This document shows, piece by piece, positions 38,490 to 51,220 of a stretch of DNA of 64,000 bases. The stretch is from Vicugna vicugna (Eukaryota): assembly GCA_013265495.1 (NCBI GenBank), contig MU057801.1:2882765-2946764 (forward strand), read 5' to 3'. The notes below the pieces were generated by a model. The model searched no databases. It saw only the letters and a list, made by a program, of their open reading frames with translations, and had not been told where the DNA came from. A program made the translations under genes and the position numbers. Positions within the stretch are counted from its first letter, which is position 1; each line of letters begins with the position of its first letter.

Positions 38490-38799
38490 GTAAGTTAGCA
38501 CTGTTCAAGTTTATGAATTTGGAAAACACTGAGATTCTGGCATTGTTCTATAACAGTATTTATGGTATTTCTCTTCTTGTCTTAATATTTGTTTTTCTGC
38601 AGTTTTGGTCTGTATTTACTGTGTGCTGTGATGAGAATGGCAGGAGTGATTCTAAATGCTATGTGGAAAACTCTGCTATGACTTATTAGGGATCATCAGT
38701 AGGATTAAAATCACTGGCATCGTTATTTAGAGATTTTCATAAATTATGTGTGTACATACTTTCCTTGTCAACGTGAATATCTATGATGAATCCAGTCAC

Positions 38800-38965
38800 T
38801 GAGGCACAGAGCTGGCTCAGTATTTAAGGACACAGAGTCATGCAAACTTGGATTCAGACCTTGGCTCTGCCACAGTCACATCTTGGGCAGGTGATTCAGT
38901 CTCTCCCTGTGTCTAAATCTCCTCGTCTGCAAAGTGAGGGCCAAAGTGCTTACCTGTTACAGGGC
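38800..38965 (+). mobile_element. MIR SINE
   Basis: aacttggattcagaccttggctctgccac...cttgggcaggtgattcagtctctccctgtgtctaaatctcctcgtctgcaaagtgaggg core. Confidence 0.65.
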
Positions 38966-39450
38966 TGCAGTGTCTTCAGACACCAGCTTCCTAGAGTGAG
39001 AGCAGACTTCACAGGGTGAGACTGCCCTCAACCTTAGACACCAGTTGTAAGTTTGGGGGTTCCCAGGGCCACCCTCCCTTCTGGCCAACTGGCTACAAAT
39101 TCAGGGGTTCCCACCATCCCCTCAGGCTTTTAGCCTCTTGATATCAGCCCAACCACCGGAGAGGAGAGGGGAGCTGGACGTAGACCCTCAGTCACCTGTG
39201 AGCTGGTCCGTCGTGCAGATGTAATGACACCCCAGAGCTGTGAGCGTCCCTGGTTGACAACACGTCCATGTGCCAGGAGGGTGTTGTATCCTGAGTCTAC
39301 AGTGGGAGGACCCTCCCAGATCTCCCCCGTGTGTCTCTGCCTTTGGCTGGTTCTGACCAGTGTCCCTTTAAATGCAGTAAAACCATGACTTTTAAGTGGA
39401 TTGCTTTCCAGGGCTCGAGTCATTTTGGCAAATGGTTGACCCTGAGGGAG
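38966..39450. mobile_element. MER21/MER77-like ERVL LTR fragments
   Basis: aactggctacaaattcaggggttcccacc and gtgccaggagggtg...gaccctcccaga motifs; the two halves appear to be in opposite orientations. Confidence 0.55.
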
Positions 39451-40696
39451 GGATGGGTGTGTCCGCGCATGCACACACATTCCCGATGCAGGCTATGAGG
39501 ATGTCTTCCGCAGAGCCTTCCAGGAGTTAGCTTGCTTACCAGCCCCAAAGAGGCCTACAGTGCGGGGACTGATTCTTGTGTTTGATGGGAGAGTTGGGTA
39601 GCGTTTTCAACATGGGGACTGAGATGGCACCGTTTCTTGAAAAGCCCCTCTTTTCCCCCTGCTCCGCGCACAGTGCCACTTTTGTCATAAATTGAGCATC
39701 AGCGTGTCTGGATTTGGATGGGAGACTTCTGCTTGTCCTTGCGCTGGCTCCACGCTGTTTTAACTCTCCTAATTTTATAAGTCTTGAGTCAGTATTCCCT
39801 TCTTATTCCTCTTTTTCAAGTGTCTCAACTGTTTTTGGCCTTTTGCATTTCCATGCAAATTTTAGACTCAATTTGTCAAGTTTCATTTTTTAAAAAGTTG
39901 ACGTTTTGATTGAGATTGAATTGAACCTGTAGGTCAGTTGACATTAATATGAGACTGACTCATGCAGTCCATGAGTGTGGGATACCCTTCCAGATATTTA
40001 GGTCTTCTTTGATGTCTCTCAACAATTATAAGAAAAGAACCAATATACTGAGATACAATTTACATACCATGAAGTCACCCTGTTAAAGTATCTTGAGAGA
40101 GATGTGCGCCTGTCAACACCCTGTCCAGAACATGTTCTCTCTCTGCTTCCCTGCCCCTGGAAACCACTAACCTACTTTCTCCATAGATTTGCCTAGGTTG
40201 GATTTTCCATATGAGTGGAATTGCGCAGTATGTGGCCTTTCATGTCTTTTACCCGGCGTGTTTTCAAGGTCCATCCACGTAGTAATTGCGCACTGGAAGT
40301 CCTTTCAGACTTTGGGTTGGATAATCCCATTGTGGGGTTGTACACGTCTTATCCCTTCATCGGTTGATGGACATTTGGGTGTTTTCTCTACATTGTTTCA
40401 TAGTTTCAGAGAAAACATCAGTATGGAGTTTAACAGAGTTTGCAGAGATCATAATTCTGAAATGGTGTATTTTTCAGAGTTCAGGTTTTGTTGGAAAGTT
40501 CCTTAGGTCTGCGATTAAGTATGCTGGGATGCAAGTTCTGTGAGAACAGGTTTTTGTTCACTTTGATAAATGATGCTTCCTAAGACCCCAGGCCAGTGCC
40601 TGGTTCACGGCAGGCAGTCGGTAATATTTGTAGTTTAGATGAATGGTAGTTGCAGTAACGATCCCTGTGGGGAGTGTGCTGTTTTTGAAAGGATGA

Positions 40697-40891
<195 letters not shown>

Positions 40892-40968
40892 TAAACGGGT
40901 TTTCTTTAACGCATAGACTCTGCTGGCTTGTCTGAGGAGAAGCGGGATGTGGGCATGTAGTAGCCGTG

Positions 40969-41283
40969 CAGGCACACCTTGGAGATATCGCAGATTTGAT
41001 TTCAGACCCACAGTAAAGCCAACATGCGGTAAAGCAAGTCACACAAAGTCTTTGGTTTCCCAGTGCATGTAAAAGTTGTGTGTACACTACATCGTGGTCT
41101 ATTAAATGTGCAGCAGCAGTGTGTCTAAAAAACAATGAACATACTTTATTGCTAAAAGATACTGTCATCTGATAATGCAAGGCTGCCACAAACCTTCAAT
41201 TTGTGAAAAATAGGTTACCTGAGAAGCACAAAAAGCAAAGCACACACACAAACAACATAAACCCAAACCAAAAATGCCACCTG
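40969..41283 (+). mobile_element. Tigger1 internal-deletion derivative
   Basis: Starts caggcacaccttggagatatcgcag (Tigger1 left end), joined to right-end sequence tgccacaaaccttcaatttgtgaaaaa...acctg|ta. Confidence 0.8.
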
Positions 41284-41289
41284 TAGGGG

Positions 41290-42915
41290 CAGGAAGAATA
41301 GGACGGAGTAGATGAAACTTTCTGACTGGACCTGTTCTAACAGTTTTAACTTTGGAACTGTGTAAATATGTTACTTTAAAGCACATAAAATTGACTGTGT
41401 TTCCCTAATGGGTGTATTCTAAGGGTGGGAAGAAGTGCAGAGAGCTCTTACCCTGTCTCCAGTTACAGCAGTAGTCGTGGTAGTAGTAGTAACAGTATTG
41501 TTACTGTTATTTGTAAACAGTGTATGAATTGAGGAATAGAGCAAAACGGTAACAGCGTGGACTCACGTTGAATCATCTCTTTCAAAGAAGTGTTTCTTAG
41601 CGCTGCCCACTGAGGAGGCTTGGGAGCTGTGACCAGCCCCGCATGAGCATCCGCTTCCTGGGGTCCAAGTACCATTTCCCCCGTGAAAGGAAACCAGGAC
41701 TCCTGGGGAAAATGGCCCATTCCAGGTCTTGAATAGATAGAAAGTGTACCAGCTGAGCATGGAAAGCAAAGAAGGCACCATGGGCTCCACGGGGAGGGCT
41801 GCCCAGGCTCGGGAGCGGGCTCAGAGGGGCTGGCGTTCCCTGGGGAAGCAAACTGAGCCGCAGGATGACTGATGGCAGTGAATCGTAGCACTTCAGTTAC
41901 ATAAGGAGCAAGAATGATAACACCACCAAACAGCAACAGTAACAATTTTAACACCGAAACCTCTTTGGGGCCCCTTGGAGAATACAAAAGAGGCACCTCA
42001 TTTTGAAAAGTGGTGAATAAAAGAATGGAGAGAAGCCTCCACCCTCCTTTACTGCGCAGATTCAGTCTCAGGGAAGCCAGACTGTTTGCAAGAGAAATTT
42101 CTTTTTGTAGAAGAATTCCAGCTAATGAAAGGAGCAGGAAGGAAAGGATGAGATGAAGGCCGTTTTGTAGCCCTAACACAGGCAAATAGCTGCTACACCA
42201 GGAGGTGGAAGAGCTCTTAAATCATGGGGGTGTGGGTGGGCGGGAGTGGTGCGCAGACCCACTGGTCAGTCTCAGCATCCAGAGACTCCAGACACTTTGT
42301 GCTTCGTGACATCAGGACACCGTTTGCCTGGAAGCTAAGCCTGATCTGATCCAGCCCCTGTACCTAACTTCCACTTTAAAGGAGATTCTGGGATGGAGGA
42401 ACATGTTACATGACCCCACAGGAATCCACAACAAAATCTAGTTTGTGGGAAACTACCAGACAGACTGCCCAGTTTATTTAACAGATAAATCGCCAAGGGG
42501 GAGAACCCTGCAGATGAAAATGGACTTGGAGGCGTCAGAAACATGCAACGTGCAACTCTTGTTTGAGTGATTTTAATGTGGCAACTTTAAAAACATTATG
42601 AGATGAATGGGAGAATTTGGATACCAACCAGGGTTTTCATGATATTTAAAAATTACTACTTACTAAGATGTGATAATGGTGTTGAGGGCTTTTTTTTTTG
42701 AAGAAGAAGAAGAACCTTATTTTGTAGAAATAGGTACCAAAATATTTATTAATTAAATGAAATGACGTCTAGGATGTGCATCAGAGCTCCCCAGAAGTGG
42801 TGAGGGAACCAGACTGGTGACGTGTTGGTGATTGTTGAAGCTGATGGGTCGTGGGGTTTTATTAGTCATTTTACCTTTGAATGTGGTTGAGATTTTCCAC
42901 AATAAAAATCTATTT
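41290..42915 (+). mobile_element. L1MC4-like 3' region
   Basis: tttgtagaagaattccagctaat...tgttgaagctgatggg...gagattttccacaataaaaa. Confidence 0.65.
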
Positions 42916-43248
42916 AAAGAAGCAAAATGGTGGTAGTGGAGGGGGGGATTTTTCTAAAATAGTGTCGCTCAAGCTAAGTCAGAATGCCTTTGGGATTGGC
43001 AGAGCAATCACAGGGCATGAGATCATCCGGGAAACGTAGGGGACTGAGACGGGGTTGGCTGTGCTCATACCACACTGATGCTGGGGCTCGGACTCTCAGG
43101 CAGAGGAATGCGTCCTCCCGCTTCGCTGGGGCGGCTCCTGGAGCTGGGCCAGGTCCCAGACCTCTGGGGCCCTGTCGAGGTTCCTTCCTTGCGGTCTCAG
43201 AGGTCATCAGGCTGCCTCACCCCTCCCACCTTCAGCTAAGAGCCTTCC

Positions 43249-43342
43249 GGGGGAGGGGACAGGTCAGAGGTAGAACGCGTGCTCAGCAGGCAGCAGGTCC
43301 TGGTTTCAGTCCCCAGAGCCTCCATTTAAAAAAGGGGAAAAA
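43249..43342 (+). mobile_element. tRNA-derived SINE (camelid Vic-1-like), short form
   Basis: ggggagggg..aggtcagaggtagaacgcgtgctcagc...ggtcctggtttcagtccccag..cctcca, A-rich tail; TSD AAGAGCCT at 43238-43245 and 43343-43350. Confidence 0.8.
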
Positions 43343-43855
43343 AAGAGCCTCTCCTGATTGTGTAACACGAGTCTGCCTCCGTTCTCTCCCAGAGCCCTGC
43401 TAAGCAAGCGTCCACGTGGTGACGGAGAGTGGAAGAGTCTTCAGAACAGAAATGTTGCTGACTTACATCCCATCCTCAGACACTGGTGTTTTATGGGAGG
43501 GATCTGGGAGAGGACGTTGGAGCAAGTGGGAAACATTCTCTTCTCTTTGTAGACATGTATTTCAGCTGCTTTGGTTTTTCAGGATTTGCAGAGGGATGAG
43601 AATCCAGTGATGTTGTCTCTCTCTGGCAGCAACCTGGGTTTCCTTACTGCCAGCGCTGATGTCCACATATTCAGAAATTGGCCATTTTGCTTCCTCCCCA
43701 TCAGAGCAGGGCGGTTGGAACCACGAATACCACAGCAGGGAGAACCAGTCCCAGTACCCAGAGAAGAAACAGGAGACAGCCCCATGCCCTCCCTGCGGGT
43801 GCACACACAGTCCCCATCCACTTTGTGGTCGCTGCTTGTTAAATAGTTGAGGTAA

Positions 43856-43969
<114 letters not shown>

Positions 43970-44139
43970 TAGTTTAAGAGTGTTGAATGATCGAAATGTT
44001 AGAGTCGGTAGCAAACAACTGTCTCCTTGGGGTGATCATTTGTGTCATAGTATGTTTAATTTAAGATACTCTGTTTTGTCCTTTTCCTAAACATAAAGAC
44101 TTAAAGCCATTGTTGCAGATAGTAAGAAACGGTTAATCA

Positions 44140-44452
44140 CAGCTGACTCTTGAACGACGTGTGGGGTTCAGGGTGCCAGCCAATCCCCCAGCCCCACACG
44201 GTCAGAAATCCGAGCATTGCCATTTCTGCCTCAAAAACAAAGGAACTGATAGACGGCTCACCTGAGGGCAGGAAGCCGGGACAGTCGGGGTAGAGTCAGG
44301 ACCCAAACCCTAGTTCTTTTGATTCCACATATTATGATCTCTGATTGAACACAGACTTGTTAATTTAAAGATCTGTAAAATGAAAGCACAGGTTATATAT
44401 GACACATGTAAGTGGAGCCGTGCAGTTCAAACCCATGTTCGAGTGTCAGCTG
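44140..44452 (+). mobile_element. Tigger2-derived MITE with atypical internal sequence
   Basis: TIRs cagctgactcttgaac / gttcgagtgtcagctg (14/16 complementary). Confidence 0.72.
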
Positions 44453-45524
44453 CAATTTGCTTGGGTTTTGCTTGAATTTAATACCGAGCATTTTCCTGCG
44501 AAATTACCACAGTGGGTCTCACTCTAGTTAACAGGCTATTTGTTGCATTTAGCTCCTTCAAATTATTATTTATTAAAAAGGTGCTAAGCACTTGTTTTTA
44601 GTTTATACTTCTTCACATTTTAAATGCTAGTTCTTTAGCAAGTAGTGATATGGATCAAAAGTTTCTAAGCATTTAATACATAAACATAACAGCTTAATAG
44701 GGAAAGACTGAAGTGACGTTGTAACCTACCCTCAATTTTTCCTTAGAAAGAATCTCAGTGCATTTATTGTTTCCTTAGAAATCTTCAAGTTCACGTTAGA
44801 TGAATCGCGTGAGCTATTTTATTTTTCCCTGTCTCAACTTTCTGTAGTCACACTAGCATAGGAGGGAAGATGGCCTGGTGAAGACCACTTTCCTCTGTTA
44901 CCTGCCACCTTGCTGTCAGACGGGTGTCATCTACTGACCCCTCGTCCCTGACGTTGAAGCCAAAGAATGCTTCCAGTTGGGTGGTTCTCGGCTCGTTTCC
45001 CTGAGGGTGAGCGGGTCTCTTATTTTGCTAGTACCCTTGGAACTTTAAATAGTTTCCTAAAACAAAGGTTGAGTTTTTAAAGACAGGTTTTCAGGGTGTC
45101 CTAAAATCTTTAGTTGTTAACGGCAAAAATTTCCCTCCCAAGCGTCCTCTTAGAAGTAGGGTACTGCTGAGTAGAAAGTGTGAGTTAATGCTCTCGTAGT
45201 AGCTGTGTCTGGAGGACCCAGTGTGACGCTCTGGCTCACAGGAACAAAGCCAGCCTCATGAAGCAGGCTCTGAGAAGTGCTCTTCATCCCAGACGCCGTC
45301 TTGCGGCTGCACTTCTTCCCAGGCTCTGGCCAGCCCTCCCACCCGACGTGCTAGGACACTGACTCCTCAGCGGGGAGAGCCTGGGCGGGCTGGGGCGGCC
45401 GGAACCCGGCCGGTCCCTCCTCCGCCTGCTGCCCTGCTGGACACTGCTGTTTCTGTGTGGACCGTGCCGCAGCCTTCCTCTTGCTGAAACTTTGTCTCAG
45501 TATCGCCGTAGAAAAACAGGAAAG

Positions 45525-45660
45525 CGGCAAGGGATAGCTCAGTGGTAGAGCGTGTGCTTAGCTTGCAAGTGGTCCTGGGTTCAGTCCCTGGCGCCTCCAC
45601 GGTGTGGAAGTAAACCACCCCTCCCCAGTGAATGAACGGACGAATGAATTAAGGAAAAAA
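45525..45660 (+). mobile_element. tRNA-derived SINE (camelid Vic-1-like)
   Basis: A box TAGCTCAGTGG (45535-45545), B box GGTTCAGTCCC, cctcca, tail taaaccacccctcccc then A-rich sequence. Confidence 0.85.
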
Positions 45661-45995
45661 GCCGGAAAAACATCTTAGAAGCATAATTTATGGTAGTTGA
45701 TGTAAGGGGCTTCTGAAATGTCTGAGCACACCTGAAACCAGTTTCTGTGGAATCAAGAGTGTAGACCACCCACATGATGGGAAACATCCCCCTCCGCACA
45801 TTCTTCTGCTCTTGTCAGGGTGGTGAGCATGCTTCTGGTCGGGAATTCAGAGCCCCCTCTTTTCAGCAGACATTGGAGTAACTTCACTGTTGGGCTGCGG
45901 GAATGTTTGAAATGTATATGAAATGCTGCTTTTTAATGATGCAGGATGTAATTTAAAACTCTTCTCCTTCCTTCCTTCTCCCCTCCTTCCCTCAG

Positions 45996-46064
45996 CACTT
46001 TCTGCCCCGGTGGAAGTGTGAACAGCTGATTAGACAGGGCGTCCTGGAGCACGTGCTGTCGTGA
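45996..46064 (+). CDS. GINS1: GINS1 exon 7, coding part with stop
   Basis: Long pyrimidine tract then ctcag|[31 protein letters not shown]. Exon sum 75+65+99+91+117+75+69 = 591 nt = 196 aa + stop. Confidence 0.98.
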   Translation, partial: HFLPRWKCEQLIRQGVLEHVLS

Positions 46065-46384
46065 CCCGAGCTGCTGCCAGGCCCCCGCTGGTGTGGGGCT
46101 GGACCCGACCAAGGATGCTGCTCCTCTCCCCTCTCCACCTCCCCTCGGCCCACCTCTCTTTGGTTTTAATACTTACATTCTTTAAGATAACCAGGCATGA
46201 TTGGTGGAAGAATACAGTTTGTTCTTTCCGATTTCTCTTTTATTTAATTTCTGAATAGAATCCCCTAACCTTCCATGGTGAACCTGTTTTTGGATTTGTC
46301 ATGTGCTTCCATTGTGAAGCATCATTTCTCAATTCAGAGTTTGAATTCTTGCCCTCTAGAGACCCTACGTCCCCCACCCTGCGG

Positions 46385-46565
46385 TCCACAGGCCCAGTGG
46401 CCAGGAGTCCAGGATCGAGGCTCTGGCAGATTTGGTGCCTACAGAGGGTGCTTCCTGGGTCCACCTTCTCACTCTGTCCTCACAAGGTGGAAAGTTGGGT
46501 TTCTGTTGTACAGGATCCTCCTCTTTGTGTAGTAAGCTGAATCTGTAATTACATCCTTGCAGTTC
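46385..46565 (-). mobile_element. MLT1 (MaLR) LTR fragment within the putative GINS1 3' UTR
   Basis: ggccaggagtccaggatcgaggctctggcagatttggtgcct...ttctcactctgtcctcacaaggtggaa...ctgtaattacatc. Confidence 0.65.
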
Positions 46566-46569
46566 CCAG

Positions 46570-46575
46570 AATAAA
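46570..46575 (+). terminator. GINS1: Candidate GINS1 polyadenylation signal
   Basis: First AATAAA I found after the stop (~500 nt downstream), followed by GT/T-rich sequence (gtgtgtttttgtgt). Confidence 0.55.
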
Positions 46576-47757
46576 TACCACAGTGTGTTTTTGTGTAATG
46601 AAAGTAAACATGTTACATGTGGATCTCTTCTCAGCAGTGGGGAAGGGTCTCAGCTGGCTGTGTAGGGAGACAGGGTGTGCCTTGTGTGGCTCCTGGTCGT
46701 GCTCCCTGTACCAGCCGGGGTCCCTGCAGCTCCTGTTTCCAGGTCACATGGTCAGGGGAGGTGATGGTCTAAGATTTTCAGTGTATTGATTGTTTAATGA
46801 CAGACTAACGTATTGTCTGGCTATTTGGGAAGGAAGGACACAGTGGATTTTTCCCATTTCCTGCACTGGTGGCTGGTGTGGCTGGAAAGGGGAATAGAAA
46901 TTGAGGCTAGAAAAGGGAGTTCGAGTGGTTCCCCCCTCCACCGAGTCACACTCACCATAAAGTCACGTGAAGAGCTGGTCAGCTGGGTGGAGGGCAGTTC
47001 TCATTGCCCGATGTTCTGTGAGTGATAGGAACTGGACAGTGGTGGTCAGTGGCCTTTCGCTGCCAGTCTCCTCCATAACCAGCCCAGTAATCTCAGAGGC
47101 AATCAAGTACAAAGTCCAGATAAGCCCGGTACCTGGCACAGGCTGTGCAGCTTCACTCTTACATAGGAGACTGTTTCTGGCCAACATGATGCTCAAGTCC
47201 ACCTGTGGAGAGAGTCTGCCGAGGCTGTGGGTTGCACGTTCTCAGGGTACGCGAGTGCACGTGCTCAGGTCAATAGGCGGCCCTCGACCCATTGTGAGCC
47301 TGGAGTCCTCGAGTCGGCGTGAGGACGGACCGCAGTGCAGGCGTTGCCACGCCGCCAGCCCAGCCTCGTTCCTGAGCTGACGTGATGCGCTCTCCTGTTC
47401 AGTCCCAAGTGAAACAGTAAGTACAGGCCTTATTTGAGATGAATGTGCGCTAGTTGAAAAGTTAACATTTTGTGGGTTTTATTGATTTACGTTGGCTGGC
47501 TCTCTAGAATTGTGGCTAGAATTTTAAACATCTATCTTATATGATTTTTTTCTTAAAGAGGTAATATATGCACAGTTAAAAAGGAAAACATAGCCCTGTA
47601 ATGTAGAAAATGAAGCAAGTTCCCCTTCCACCTACTGAATGCCACCATCCAGGGTATCCACTGTTAACTAGTCACGTGTGTAAAGCGTAACTGCATTTCT
47701 TTTTAAGTGTTTCCCCACGTATTTCTAGTGTTTGTTTCTAGTGTGAATGGAATCCCT

Positions 47758-47876
47758 TTTTTAAAAAAATGTGGGGGGGTGACTAGGTTTATTTATTTAG
47801 TGGAGGTACTGGGGATCGAACCTGGGACCCTGTGCATGCGAAGCAGGCACCCGACCACTGAGCTAGAACCTCCCCG
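47758..47876 (-). mobile_element. tRNA-derived SINE (camelid Vic-1-like)
   Basis: Reverse strand reads gggaggttcTAGCTCAGTGGtc...GGTTCGATCCCcagtacctccactaaataaataaacctagtcacccccc. Confidence 0.85.
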
Positions 47877-48494
47877 CGGAGTCCTTCTTGTGTGGTATTT
47901 TCTGACTAGTTTTCGGCTGATACGTACAAAACCGCGCATTACGATGGTTTGGCCATCTTCTCGTATTTATGTAAGCTCATGTCTCTTCTCACATTGATCT
48001 TGTTCTCTTGAACTTTCAGGAAGTGGTTGCCTTCTGCAGCTCACAGCTGGAAGCTTACCTTCTACCTGACTTGATTGAAATGCCAGGCTTCTAATGTTTC
48101 TGTCCCATGCTTCTCCAGGAAAAATACTAAAACCTGTGGCCTCCCTCAGTGCCACCTGAAGCCCCCAAATAAATTCAGCACCGTAACAAAATGAACCGGG
48201 GTAATTAACAAGCAGGGTTTTCCCAGGTGCACTTTTGGAACTTGAGTCATCATAGATGGTTTCTCACTTAATTCCCTGAAGTTACAAATTGTATGTAAAG
48301 AATTTTATTGTTGAACTGTCTTGCATTCCACTTGTAACACTGCTCTTGGCCACGGCGTGTTAGCCATTCGAGGAAATGCAAGGTGTGACTGACTGACTTT
48401 CTGGGAAGGTTGCGGCTGTGGCTGATGCTGGCTTATAGTGTTTGGGAAGAGGCGAACGTGTACGTGTTCATGTATGTGTCTACGCTTTGTCAGT

Positions 48495-48870
48495 GTTTGC
48501 AGTTATCTGTTCCTACGAAAAAAAAATCCAAACATAGTGGCTTTAAAGCCACACCACTTTGGTAACTCTCCCAGTTCTGTGAGTTGACGAGGTTCAGCTG
48601 GGAGGCTCTGCAGATCTTGCGTGGGGCCCCTGAGGCGGTCACATTCAGACGGCGGTCTGGCTGGGAGGGCTCAGCTTCCCGTGTCCGAGTGGGGTCTCCA
48701 CGTGGTTCTCCAGCAAGCGGCTGGGCCTCACATGGCACCTGGGGCCCCTGCGGAGCTGGGAGGTGGATGTGGGAGCTGCTGGTTTTCTGAACGGCCAGGC
48801 CTGGTGCTGTACTCGCACTGTTTCTGCCACAGCCTGTGATTACTGCAGCCAGAGGTGCCCAGGCTCGGGA
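48495..48870 (-). mobile_element. Old MLT1 LTR
   Basis: agttatctgtt...catagtggctttaaa...cagttctgtgagttgac...cagctggg motifs. Confidence 0.5.
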
Positions 48871-49384
48871 GGCCCCCAGGGCCAGGCATCGCTTGCTGGT
48901 GTCCTTAGGAGAGCTCGCTTTCTTGTCTACCTTTAATAGAAATGTGAGTTTTAAGATAGCATGAATACCTATGGAACCACCTGAGTATGAATCTTTCTGG
49001 AGAGAGATGAATTTTTTTTATTTTCCTTAGTTTGTGGTCAAACTTTTTGCTTTTTAAAGTAAATTGTAGTTAATCGTGTTTTTAAAATATTTTATTCTAT
49101 AAATATTTATTCTATATTTTGCAGTGTATTAAGGTATTTTTTCCTTTTCTGTACACAGGTCATTCCTAATATGTATCTGTTTTCCCTTTTTTCTCTTGGT
49201 CGTATAGCTAAAAAAGGTTATCTGTAACGAAGATGTATTAATCTTTTGGGATGTAGAGAATGGAGATGTAGATTTCAGATGATTTATTGCTTTTCACAGT
49301 TCATAGCATTTTAGGATGAGCTGAATTTATTGTTTTATAACTTCACAAAAAAACACTTAACGTTTTCATGTAGTAAAAATGTAA

Positions 49385-49545
49385 CCGCAAGAAGGCAGCC
49401 GTCGGCAAGCCCAGGACAGAGGCCTCAGAAAAACAAACTTGCCAACACTGTGACCTTGGATTCAGCCTCCAGGATTCCAAGGAAGTGGATTTCTGTTGTG
49501 AAGCCACGCAGTCTGTTTTGTAGCGGCAGCCTCCGCAGACGAAGA
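49385..49545 (+). mobile_element. MLT1A-like LTR 3' half
   Basis: gaaggcagccgtcggcaagcccaggacagaggcctcaga...ccttggattcagcctccagga...tttctgttgtgaagccacgcagtctg. Confidence 0.7.
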
Positions 49546-49759
49546 GGCGCCCGCACTTCTGAGAGGGTCTGCTTCCCTGCCGACGGCGCTTGGACAGTTT
49601 GCGCCCTTTCGCTGTTACAGACACAGCTGGGTCAGTAGCCTTGTGCATGCGTCGTTCGCTGTACATACAGCTTTGTGTGGGGGAGAATTTTAATTCTGAT
49701 GGCACAGATGTAGGAATTGTAATTTCTCCTACCACCAGAGATGAAGGAGTCGCTCCCCC

Positions 49760-50960
49760 CACCCCCTTTGCTCACAGAACGTTTCCAGTTTGGGGCTGTT
49801 GCACACATGTTCAAGTCTTTTATGGACACGTATTTCCTTTCCTTTGGGGCAAATAACTAGAAGTAAAATGGATGGGTCATGTTGTAGGTGTGATTTTAAC
49901 TTAAGAAACTGGCATGCTGCCCCGAGATGGCTGTGCATTTCGTATTCACGTCAGCGCTGTACGAGTTCTAGTTCCTTCGTGTGCTCCACAGGACTTGGCA
50001 GGATTACCCTTTCTGATTTTACCCGTTCTAATAGCTGTAAGGTGCTAGCTCACTGAGATTTTAATTTGCATTTCCCTGGTGACCAAGATGTTGAGTATCT
50101 TTACATGTGATTATTTGGAATGTATATCTTTATTTGGTGAACATGTCCAGATCTTTGTCCATTTGTTGAAAAATTAGGTTGTTCTCTTGTTGAGTTTCAG
50201 GAGTTCTTTATACATTCTGGATGTAAGTTCTTTATGAGATCACGCTTTGCAAAGGTTTTCTCCCAGTTTGTGGCTTGTCTGTTCTTTTTCTTAACAGAAT
50301 CTTTTGAAGAGCAGACATTTTAGTTTTGATAAATTTATTCATTTGTTTTATTTATGCTTTTGGTGTCATATCTAAGAAATCTTTTCCCAGTCCAAGGTCA
50401 CAAAACTTTTTTCCCTTCATCTAGAAGTGTTATAGTTTTAGGTCTTACACTTAAGTCCATGACCCATTTTGAGTCAAGTTTGGTATATGGTGCGAGGTGT
50501 TGACCAGGGTCATTCGGTGGGGGCTACATGGGGGATACCTGGCTGCTCCAGTACCTTTTCTTCACAGGACGTGAGTGAGTGGTTTGCCGCGCCGAGCACT
50601 GCTATGCGCAGAACAGGCCGTGGGGCCGCGCTTGCCCACCCTGTTCTGCTGCTTGACGGCGGTAGTGACTGTCCTGTTTCCTTCCTCCTACTGATTTTGG
50701 GTTTAATTTGCTCCTTTTCTGCTTATTTAAGGTAGAAGCTGAGGTCACTGATTTGAAGCCTTTCTTTTATAGCCCAGTTGTTTAGTGCTATGAATTTTCC
50801 CCTAAGTGCTGCTTTTGCTCCACCCTACACATTTTGGTATGTTTTCATTTTCAGTCAGTTTGAAACTTGTTGTAATTTTCTTTGTTTGGTGGGTAATATC
50901 CGTTTGCAACTATTTGGGGATTTTCCAGATCTCATTCTGGTCTTGAATCCTAATTTAGAA
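49760..50960 (-). mobile_element. L1M ORF2 3'-end fragments
   Basis: ttttaatttgcatttccctg...ttctttatacattctggatgtaag...tgcttttggtgtcatatctaagaaatc...ccattttgagtcaagtttggtatatggtgcgagg. Confidence 0.8.
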
Positions 50961-51214
50961 GAACCCACTTGGTGTTATCCTCTCCAGAATCTGCTCTTCC
51001 CTTCCATCCAGTGCTTTAGGGCTGTTCTCATTCAGCCTGTACAGTAAGTGACCGACAGACAGGAGGAGGCACCGCAGCTTCAGGACAGTGGGTAGGGTCT
51101 GCACTTCTGTCTAAATCTTGTAGGAGAATGTTTTTCATACATCTAGTTGGTGGGCATATGGCTGTTTAATTAAAAAAATACCTAGAAGTTTAATCAGTTT
51201 TAAGAGAAAAGGAC

Positions 51215-51220
51215 TTTATT
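51215..51220 (-). terminator. NINL: NINL polyadenylation signal
   Basis: TTTATT on + (AATAAA on -) about 700 nt past the stop. On the minus strand it is preceded by TGTA elements (ctgtatttgtAATAAA). Confidence 0.75.

Noticed and set aside
41463..42185. 240-aa minus-strand ORF in GINS1 intron 5
   Set aside because: Lies antisense within an old L1MC-like repeat; non-ATG start; no recognisable homology
45531..45600. tRNA-like sequence
   Set aside because: A/B boxes are present but it has a SINE tail, mismatched stems and related dispersed copies; it is a SINE, not a tRNA gene
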